Shown in pieces: positions 15,133-24,600 of a stretch of DNA of 46,485 bases. Below the pieces are notes generated by a model, which worked only from the letters and a program-made list of their open reading frames with translations, made no database searches and had not been told where the DNA came from. This DNA is from an uncultured Thermoplasmata archaeon. Lineage in GTDB: Archaea; Thermoplasmatota; Thermoplasmata; Thermoplasmatales; CAYVVU01. Position 1 is the first letter of the stretch, and every line of letters starts with the position of its first letter. The position numbers and the translations under genes were made by a program. The stretch covers positions 1 through 46,485 of the forward strand of contig CAYVVU010000002.1 of NCBI GenBank assembly GCA_964455305.1, in the 5' to 3' direction.

Positions 15133-16413
15133 TTATAAATCTATTTTGGAAGGTTGTGATAGATGTCTTCTAGCCGCAGGAGGTACCTCATAGGTACCGA
15201 TATTTATTTCTCGTGAAATCTTTTCTAAAACTTTTCCTTTGCTTTTTTTACCACATCTCGGACATCTATATCCCTTATTTTTTCCGAGGGACTCCATTCT
15301 TATTCCGCATTTTTTACATATAGGATTCCTCACCACTTTATCAACGAGTTTAATTATTTTTATTTTTTCTAGATTTATGGTGTTTGGATATCCACAAACT
15401 CCACCGTAAACTTCAACAACATCTCCCGGAACAAGATTCATTATTACATTCCTAAAATTCTTTGTAGGTTCATACGCGGCGCATTCTATTTCACCCGTAT
15501 TATCTCTAATTTTAACAATCACATGCCCTCCTCTGATTATCTTGGGTTTTTCAGACACTTTTCCTACGACTCTCACTGAATTGTAATCTTTAATTTCGGA
15601 TATTTTCTTCTTAACTATGTGGTCATCCGTCCCCTGGTTAGTTTTGAACAATAGAATTCCGTCTATCTTTGCTTTGCATTTTTTCATAACTTCCAGAGAG
15701 GCATTTAGACAATCCTCGGCATTTGTACCTCTCACTCCATAGAGTACTGGAGTTTTGCTCCTTGGAAGCATAACAACATATTCATTCTCGTAATCATAAC
15801 AATCAAATAGTGAAGAATATTTCTTTTCCAAACATTTTATCAAATCAACATCAAGTAAATTTTCATCTCTATCTATATGCCACAACTCCTGTGGTAGATA
15901 TGCTAAGCATTCATAAGTCTTTTTCCTACCTCTCCATGCAAGTGATGCGTACGCCCCGATTAAACCCCTGCCTTTGTTCCAGAAAAAATTTGTGCATGGA
16001 ATATCTGGAATCTTGTCTATGACATCTCTCACAGCAGTATAGTAGAATCTCTCCTCTGGTTTTTTGTCGCAAAAAATCAACCCTGTATCTGAACTCTTTT
16101 CTCGTAGCGATTCAACGATCTCATATACCTCCTTAATGATTTCTTGAGGCGGATTTCCGTACGACCTTTCATATGCATAAATCTCTTCTCCCTCTATAAA
16201 GCCTATTTTTATTTTCTTCCCACATCCTTTGCCTATACGGATGCACACCGCACCGTTACCGCGGGTTTTCCATGGAATGTTTGGATTCAACCTTACAAGA
16301 CATGGGTACCCTATTATGTCTATACTTTTATGCAGTTCTTTAACGATCTGGTATATCACATAGGTGGTACACATCCTTCCTCGCGTATCTGTATCATCAA
16401 TTCCTATGTACAC
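15133..16413 (-). CDS. tiaS: tRNA(Ile2) 2-agmatinylcytidine synthetase TiaS
   Basis: MYIGIDDTDT..MCTTYV N-terminus, an OB-like middle region, and a C-terminal zinc ribbon CKKCG...CPRCG. GTG start. Confidence 0.88.
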   Translation of the reverse strand: MYIGIDDTDTRGRMCTTYVIYQIVKELHKSIDIIGYPCLVRLNPNIPWKTRGNGAVCIRIGKGCGKKIKIGFIEGEEIYAYERSYGNPPQEIIKEVYEIVESLREKSSDTGLIFCDKKPEERFYYTAVRDVIDKIPDIPCTNFFWNKGRGLIGAYASLAWRGRKKTYECLAYLPQELWHIDRDENLLDVDLIKCLEKKYSSLFDCYDYENEYVVMLPRSKTPVLYGVRGTNAEDCLNASLEVMKKCKAKIDGILLFKTNQGTDDHIVKKKISEIKDYNSVRVVGKVSEKPKIIRGGHVIVKIRDNTGEIECAAYEPTKNFRNVIMNLVPGDVVEVYGGVCGYPNTINLEKIKIIKLVDKVVRNPICKKCGIRMESLGKNKGYRCPRCGKKSKGKVLEKISREINIGTYEVPPAARRHLSQPSKIDL

Positions 16414-16508
16414 AGATAGAAGTAAATTGTTGGACTATATTAAAATTGTTCCTGGTTTTTACCAGCATTTTCCCGTAAAACTATTTATTTTCAAATCTAT
16501 TATCGGCT

Positions 16509-17003
16509 ATGCTGGTACATATACTTGATGATAAACTACGAGAAGGATGGGCAAAATATTATATTATGCAGGCATTTCTGGCATTCATCGTTTTCTTTAC
16601 ATGTCTGCTTTTTTTGGCACACATATTTACAGGAATTCTTGTCGCAGCCATAGGGGCATCGGCATTTATAGTATTCGCTATTCCTAGAAACACTACCGCG
16701 ACACCCAGAGCGGTTATTTTTGGCCATGCCATTTGTGGATTGGTTGGTGGAGGTGCGTTTCTTGTGGATATATTTCCAGATAATCCTCCCGTGAACTATG
16801 CATTCAAGGCTTCTTTAGCGTTTTTTCTGGGTTTTTTCCTTATGGTTATTACAGATACGGAGCATCCCCCAGCGGCGAGTACCGCGGTTGGATTCGCCAT
16901 AGACGGTTTTAAAATAGATGCTTATGCGTTCGTCATATTTGCGGCGGTGTTACTAGCGCTTTCCCAAATTTTGCTTAAAAAGTATTTGCGAGACCTAACT
17001 TAA
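16509..17003 (+). CDS. HPP-family integral membrane protein
   Basis: Four hydrophobic helices and the signature DTEHPPAAST. Confidence 0.75.
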   Translation: MLVHILDDKLREGWAKYYIMQAFLAFIVFFTCLLFLAHIFTGILVAAIGASAFIVFAIPRNTTATPRAVIFGHAICGLVGGGAFLVDIFPDNPPVNYAFKASLAFFLGFFLMVITDTEHPPAASTAVGFAIDGFKIDAYAFVIFAAVLLALSQILLKKYLRDLT

Positions 17004-17004
17004 A

Positions 17005-17077
17005 TGCCGGGACCGGGAGTCGAACCCGGGTCCGGGGATCCACAGTCCCCAAGGATAACCGCTACCCCATCCCGGCC
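17005..17077 (-). tRNA. tRNA-His (anticodon GTG), 72 nt plus a genome-encoded G at -1; discriminator A73; no encoded CCA
   Basis: Hand fold of the reverse complement: G-GCCGGGA-TG-GGGT-AGCGGTTA-TCCT-T-GGGGA-CTGTGGA-TCCCC-GGAC-CCGGG-TTCGACT-CCCGG-TCCCGGC-A. The acceptor stem has 7 perfect base pairs. The T-loop is TTCGACT. Confidence 0.9.
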
Positions 17078-17100
17078 ATCGTGCGATGGAGGATATATGA

Positions 17101-17116
17101 ATAAACTTATAAATTT
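17101..17116 (-). promoter_or_regulatory. TATA box (TTTATAAG on the minus strand) for tRNA-His
   Basis: The reverse complement of 17106-17113 is TTTATAAG, about 30 nt upstream of the tRNA 5' end. Confidence 0.5.
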
Positions 17117-17122
17117 TTCCGA

Positions 17123-17881
17123 GTGAAAAAATTTATATATCTCAACATCTTTTATTTATCGTTGCGAAGAGAGATAGGGATACTAACAGACGATTTCCGT
17201 GTGCTATACAAATGCACAAAGATACTTGAGGAACTTGGTAAATCCTATGTTATACTCAGCGATTCTAGAGAGTTATATAAATACCCTGTGATTCTGACTA
17301 CTAAGAATCTTCGGGGTGAAAATGTGGTATTTTTAAAAAATGTAGATGTTGATGTCAGAAGGGCTATTCCTTTGCTCTACGGAAAGAGAAGATTCAACCA
17401 CTTGTACATAGGTGTGGATCCTGGCAAAACTATGGGTCTCGCCGCATTGGGTGATGGCTTCATCCTTGAGAAAAGAAATGTATATTCTATCTCCTCCCTG
17501 AAGAAATTTGTGGATATATGGCTTGAAGGTTATCCCTCTCAGAACTATATTTTGCGAGTTGGGAACGGCTCTCCTACTGAAAGAAACGAGATAATAATGA
17601 GATTGTTCGGAAAAGTAGATATTGAGGTTGTTGATGAAAGAGCAACCTCTATAACAAAAGAGGACTCAGACGCAGCTGTGAGAATTGCTAGAATACGCGG
17701 AAGAAGGATATATAGAATACCATCGCTAAATGTAAGTGATGGCGAGATAAGGAACATTCAGCGATTAAGCAGAATAGAGAGTAACGGAAAAATAACAATA
17801 TCTCGGGAGATGGCCAGAAAGGTAATCCTCGGCGAGATAACTCTCAGGGATGCAATAGAAAGGGCACTTCAAAAAAATTAA
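17123..17881 (+). CDS. hypothetical protein with an RNase H-fold (RuvC/YqgF-like) nuclease signature
   Basis: LYIGVDPGKTMGLAALGDG is an N-terminal catalytic Asp strand. VDERATSITKEDSDAAVRIARIRG is a late acidic helix as in RuvC. The start is uncertain (GTG at 17123; in-frame TTG at 17162). Confidence 0.45.
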   Translation: MKKFIYLNIFYLSLRREIGILTDDFRVLYKCTKILEELGKSYVILSDSRELYKYPVILTTKNLRGENVVFLKNVDVDVRRAIPLLYGKRRFNHLYIGVDPGKTMGLAALGDGFILEKRNVYSISSLKKFVDIWLEGYPSQNYILRVGNGSPTERNEIIMRLFGKVDIEVVDERATSITKEDSDAAVRIARIRGRRIYRIPSLNVSDGEIRNIQRLSRIESNGKITISREMARKVILGEITLRDAIERALQKN

Positions 17882-17886
17882 AAGAT

Positions 17887-18654
17887 TTATTTTGCCCACT
17901 TCGGCTTCCTTCTCTTTCCTATTTCTCTTATAGTAAGGAATATTAGGAGGAAAGATATGAAGGCACTTATTGCAAATATTATTGGACCCCAGTTTATGGG
18001 CTTATACTCACCGTAGTAGAATTCCATACTCAAAGTTTTGTTTCCTGTATCACTGAAAACAACACCTTCACCTATTATCTTCGCCGTAAGAGTATGCCAA
18101 CCCTCATCTATGTCCTTGGGTACCCAGACGAAAGTTGCTGTTGCATTTTGTCCGCCTTTTAGCCCGTTAACTGTGGTGTTTCCTATGTACTTTCCGTCTA
18201 TGTAAAAATACACGGTGATATTTGAGGCGTCAAATTCATCCATACACTCCACGGTGACTGTGAATTTCAAGGATTTTACGACCTTTATGTGGACGGTTTT
18301 TTGGCTAATAGCCCACTTATCACCCAACTTTGCCTTACCTTCTATATATATCCCTATGGTTTGTGGAGCGTAATCTGGAGCGGTTATATTAACCTCAAAT
18401 GTATTTGTAGAGTTTGATGACCCGTTGATTGTGTTTGTAGGCCCTCCATTTGTAAGGTTGTATCCGAAGATCACAAGGTTGTAGTAGTACATATCGTATC
18501 CTTTTGGAAAGATTATTTTACACTTGAAATTCTCGCCGTTGCCTACTATGGCTGGAACTTCAACTCTCATGTTGAGCTTAGCATAACCCAGCGAATTGAG
18601 TGGAACGATTGAAATAGATATTAGGATTGCCAAAATGATAGGTGTTACCCTCAT
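17887..18654 (-). CDS. secreted CARDB/Ig-like beta-sandwich protein with a C-terminal TM anchor
   Basis: A signal-like N-terminus, two beta-sandwich-like halves (ITVYFYIDGKYIGNTTVNGLKGGQNATATFVWVP...GWHTLTAKI), many N-X-S/T sites, and a terminal TM helix plus KRRKPKWAK. ATGA overlap with the aglB stop. The GGAGGAGGT SD lies inside the aglB 3' end. Confidence 0.6.
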   Translation of the reverse strand: MRVTPIILAILISISIVPLNSLGYAKLNMRVEVPAIVGNGENFKCKIIFPKGYDMYYYNLVIFGYNLTNGGPTNTINGSSNSTNTFEVNITAPDYAPQTIGIYIEGKAKLGDKWAISQKTVHIKVVKSLKFTVTVECMDEFDASNITVYFYIDGKYIGNTTVNGLKGGQNATATFVWVPKDIDEGWHTLTAKIIGEGVVFSDTGNKTLSMEFYYGEYKPINWGPIIFAISAFISFLLIFLTIREIGKRRKPKWAK

Positions 18655-21600
18655 GTTGGATACCTCCTCCTCATAATTATGCTGTATGCCACGCCGGCAA
18701 CTACAATAACAACGCTCGCTATGGCCCAGCTCATAATCTCTGCGGTTATATCAGGCGGTTTAATGAGAACATTGCCCGTTATATCAACTTTTTCTATACT
18801 TAGCGAAGCATATGTTGCCTTTATCTCTAGGATTTTGCTTACATTATTGTTGTATACCATCAGTAGAATCCTGACGCTTCTAGCAGGGTTATCTATCGTT
18901 CTTCTAATCCTTACATATATTCTTTTGCTTTCACCGGAGTCCAAATCTATGCTATCAGCTTTGCTGTTATTGAAATATATTTCCGTGTACCATCCCTTGT
19001 CTTGCAATTCTTCGGAGTTAATGATTGTAAGGTTGAAAGTTGTCCCGACATTTCCATTATTCTTTACATCCACACCGAATTCTATGTATTGTGATGTGGT
19101 TCTGTTGTTTTTCCATGTAAGAGTTAGCGAATAGTATTCGGATACATTTACATATGCATGAGCATCAGCGAATTTATCCGCGTATTTTACCCTAAGAGTA
19201 ATGGTATTATTACCCAAAGATGCATCCTTTGGAATCAGGACCATGGCTGTGAAATACTTTGTCTCACCCGGAAATATTGTCAATTTTTCAGGTATAAAGG
19301 ACACATTCCAATTGTTTGTTAGTGAGAACTCCAATGTTTCTTTATCATTTCCGTGGTTAATCGCTTTAAAGATCAGAGGTACCCAATCTCCTACATCCGC
19401 TTTTACTTCCTCACCGACATATTCAACGCTCACATCATGTACGGAATCTCTTTTTAGATATATGTCATAAATGATGTTTCTAGCTATATCTATCTCTCCT
19501 CTCCAGTTATAAACTATTTGTAATCCATATTCGTATCTATTTACCGATACGCTCATATTGTACTTACCGACTGGAAGGTAAATCCAATATAATCCATCTA
19601 CTACAGGAATCCTGAAATCATAATTTTCTATATGGATGTAGGTGTTCAATTTCTCGTTTCCTATATATACTCCTCCACGCATTTCGTAGGCTTTTTTGAG
19701 TTTTATTTCAAACAAATTGCTTCCGGCAATCAGATCCTTTTTACCCAGAAATGCATAGTAAGTATTGTTTATTTTCAAGTAAATATATAAAGAATATTTG
19801 CCAGGAGGAATTTCATCATGTATCTCGCCATATTCATCCGCCACTAATTTTTTCTCCAAGGCAGGGTTTTGTAGTATGGCTGTTGCAAAACTTGCCTCTT
19901 TACCGCCAACCGTGATTTTCATATCTATCTTTGCTCTCAACCTTATTTTCGTTATTCTAAGCTTTATCGTTTCGTCGGAATTGAGATTTTTAATTTCGGC
20001 GTAGCCATAGTACCTGTACTTTATTCCCTCCTCTTCCTTAGTCATATCAACATTCAATGAGTAGTTTCCAGGAGGCAGGAATAAGGATAAAGAACCGTAG
20101 GTACCTCTCTGCATAATGGCTTTATAACCTTTAATTAAAACATTCGCGAATCCTGTGTAATTCTCTATCTGAACATTAAGCCTGTAAGCGGATACCAGAG
20201 GTATGTCAATAACCCCGTTCTCCATAAGGCTCAGTTCATCAAAGAATACTTTACCCTCGCTGTACGCGTATATATAATAATCACCGGGTCTTACTGTTAT
20301 GTTATGTCCAGTTGTGATGAGTTCACCCGTCGCATCATAAATATTTATTGATTCGGCGGAGGTGTTGAATTTAACTTCCACATTAACTTGAACTGGCAAA
20401 TTCACATTTCTTATTTTTTCTCCTGAAGTTACAGTAATTTTGTTTATTATAGGCGCATATTTTCTTTTATCACCAAAAATTGTTATGTTATAAGTTCCCG
20501 GTGGTAATTGAATTGTATAGAAACCATCCTTAGAATGCGTAGTATAAATATTTTCTTTGCTTACAAATTGGATATTCACGCTCTCCCAAGTGTATGTTTC
20601 ATTTTCATACATGATGTACCCTTTGAGTGTCACTGGAAGTTGAACAACCTGAATAACATACTTTGACTCGTTGCCTTCTCTATCAACAGTTTCATACCCA
20701 AGTGAAACAAGGTCAATAACGAAATCCCTAGGTGCGGTGACCGTGAAATTGCCGGATTTCGGAGTATTTATCAGATAACAGTTTCCTAACGATTTACTTT
20801 TAACGAAAAGCAGCCCTTCTCCTATACTTTCATTCTTCATTAAAACATTTCCATGCACTATAGTATTGTTTCCCAGTTGAATTTCCATATTCCTATCACT
20901 GTTAATTTTAATTGAGAAGAAAGATGAGTAAGGCGTACCAAACTGTACAACGCCTACATTGTACTGTCCAGCAGGCAAATATATCTTGAAATTGCCTTTA
21001 TCGTCTGTGTGCTCTCTCAGAAATGTACTTCCTTGGAAAATGACGACATCCGCTGGAACCTTAGTTTTGTTATTGTAAACAGTTCCGCTGAAAACATATG
21101 CTTTTTTCATGGAGATATCCACGGTTTTATTTTCGTCAAGATAAACATTAGTGAAGAATACATACTTTTCGTTACCAACGAAACATTCGGCATAAACTGT
21201 GTATATTCCTTTTGTTAGGGTCCTTTCAAAAGAATTTTTAGCAATGAAAATATCTGCTTCATGAGTAAGCTCATTCTCAATCTTAACCGTAACTTCTCTA
21301 TCACCTACCCCCATTATTTTTCCCACAACTTTGTATGCGGGATTGAGCTCCAGATTCAAAGAGAAGGATTGATTCCAATCATCAAATACTACACTCTGCT
21401 CATCGGAGATAACATTTCCTTTCTCCGCATATACCTTATAGTGACCTGGAGGTAAATAGAATCTGACTGTACCGTTAGTATCAGTATAGTTGTGATATTC
21501 AATATCCAAATCTGTTCCCTTGACCCATACGGATACATCCTCTTCCTCAGAGCCACCATATTTAATGGATATATTTAGTGTGCAGGGTTTAAGCGGAAAG

Positions 21601-24600
21601 TCCTTGGTAATTGAACCGCCAACATTAATCGTGATATTTCCTATATTCTCATATCTTTTGTCAAAGACCTCTATGGATACATTGTATCTATAAGGCGGAA
21701 GATCGTTAATTTCGTAGTATCCGTTGGTAAGGTTATCCTCAAAACTTATGTTGTATTCATCGTTTTTCAGAATCACTTTACCGTTGAACTTTACATCATC
21801 ATTATCAACTTTGCCGTTCTTGTTCAAATCCATATAGATAGCGCCCTTTGCACCTCCACCTTTAATAACGAAATCCTTCTTGATGAAGTAGTCATACAGT
21901 CCATCATGATCTTTATCCACGGGAAGTTGCATCGCCTGCTCTTCTGTAACATTAAACTTCCAGGTAGCAAGAACTGTCTTCTCGGTTAGCATTTTTTTAT
22001 CCAAATCTCCGCCCGTGGTAACTTTTATCTCCAATCCGTTACCCGCTATCGCGTATAGCCTATAATGCCCATTGGAGTCGGTAAGCACGGATGTATGGGG
22101 TATTCCATACTCATCAAAAAGTGTAACTCTAACTTTTTTCAGTGGAGTTCCATCCTCCAATCGTACATAACCCTCCACGATGGCTCCCTCATAGAATTTG
22201 ACGATGACCACATCATTTGGAAGAACCTGAGATGCAGGAGGATTAAGTTCCACAACACCTATTCCTTCTCTCTGATACTCCAGCGCCTTGTCTATCGGTA
22301 TTGCTTTCCAAGCATCACTGTGATTCTGGTAATCCTTATAGGGATTCCAGAATGCCGTTCTATAAACCAGTTTGAAGTGAGTTAAGTTCCACGCCTGCAT
22401 GGGATACTCGCTCTGCAAACTCTGTGAAATTCCCGGAATTCCATCGCCTTTACCTATGTCTTTCCCAGAATATCCTATGAATATGCGATATAGCATACAA
22501 TGGTAAAACATATCCTTGTAAGTTATTCTGTAATCCTGAACCTGCGAGCCGGGAGGAAATTCATCTGGGGAGTATTCGTTTCCGTACTGATCCACAAGCT
22601 TTATTTCATAAAAATCTATGGGAACGCTCATACCTCTCGCTTCTAGAATTCTCCTATCAGATAATTTTGCCGGAGCGTAAAATATTCCTGTATTTCTTGC
22701 GTTGAATGGAAATAATCTGTAGTCAATAGCGAAGTATCTTATGCTATATCCCGTCGCTCTCTCCAAATCCTTTAGAAGATTCAGAACTCCATCCTCGCCC
22801 AGAGTAACGAAAAGACCTTTTAATGCCACATACTTACAGTTCTTATCGGAAATATCGTTTGAATACGGTCCTCCGTATTTATCTGGGTTCTTTAAAATAT
22901 CCTCTTTGTATTTCAAAGGATCGCTAAATATCTCGTACACTTCTTTTAAGCCATCATCACCAAGATATCTCTTTATTATCCCTTCTACTGTCGCCGAAAG
23001 CTTATTATCGTTGTGTTTGTAATCACCTTCAATTATTCTGGCGGCAAATAGAGCCATAACTTCCGTCTCGTTCTGAGCGGTTATTGCCTGTCCAGCGAGT
23101 TGGTAACCATACTGGAAGTTATCCGCCACAGTCGGATGCTTCCCCCTGTGAATAGCCTCAAAACCGTAGTCCCACCAACTTATGAATGCGGGCCTATCCT
23201 CTTCAGGATATATATTAGAATCTTGTTCACTTAGCCATTCCCACGCGCGAGACCATGCATAGGTCTTCTTAGGTATTGAATACCCGAAAGCTCCGAGATA
23301 CCATGCTCTTTCCCTCTTTTCAGGTTTCCAGAACGGTGGCATCAAATCGTATATCTGCTTGTCGTAAGTGGATTTTGTTTCATAAGGTATTCCTGCATCT
23401 ACTGCACTCCAGACATTCGGCGAGATTACGAATAATGCTATTGTAAATGTAACCACATTTCTCGCAGAAAATACTCTTTTTATTCTCTCCCTCCACTTCT
23501 TAGCTTTTGGTTTCTTTTCCACCCGTACCAATTTAAGGAGTAGATAATCTATGAAGAAAGATGATGCTAAAGCAAATGCGGGAGCCGCATTAAATATGAA
23601 TCTTGCCGCAGATATGGCCATATATATTGAAACCAGAGTGTAAATTACAATAAATAGATAAACCTCATTTAGATTTTTGCGCAATCTCCAGAGTATATAC
23701 CCGAGACCTGCCAAAGCTAAGAAGAATACTCCCACACCTATGGATATTATCAAAGATCCCATGGCTGCTGGCTGTGCTTCGGCAATCGTACTGTACAGTT
23801 TTGTTTTAATGAAATATCCCTGTCCCGTAACAATGTATTTGAACAGGTCCGGAAGAAGGAAATATATAAGTACAAGTCCTATGCCTATTGCTAGTACGGC
23901 AAGAGGAAATAGAAATGTCCACGGATATCTAACGGTAATCTCAAAGAATAGTGCGAGTACGAGAAGAGCTAACATTAAAATAAGAGGTGTTAAGTACCAA
24001 TGCAAACTGGGACCGTAAACCGGGTATGCCGCTCCAAATGATACCAGCGTGAAAACTAGGGTAATCATAAAGAGATGGAGAGTACTTTGGTTCTTGAATC
24101 TATTTATGAATAGTTGCAGTCCAATATAAATCACGAGTATAGTTTCTATATAGGGAAAGCCCTGCCAAGTTAGCATTATGACTAATAGTGATGTTCCGGC
24201 TAGGGCTGAGTATATAAGAGCCAGACTATTTTCTTGCATAAAGGCACAAAATCCTGATTTTATTGTTTTCCAGCTTCGCCAGTTGTCAATCCACATATCT
24301 CTTTTTCCATATTTTATAGCTTTGAAAAAGAAATAGAAAACCCATATGGAAAAGAAAAGGACAAGCGAGTCATGGTCGGCATTCGTGGCCACACTCCTCA
24401 TCAGGTGTGCGGGGCTAACCGCAAGCAAAAACGCGGCTATTATTCCCACCCTCTTGTTGAACATTTCTTTACCCAGCAGATACATCGGTATTACGCTAAG
24501 TGCTCCCCAGATCGCTGTGGAAAGTATCAACGCGGCGTAAACACCATCGTGTAGATTTCCGAATATAGGATACGCCAAATATCCCATAGCAACAGTGGAA

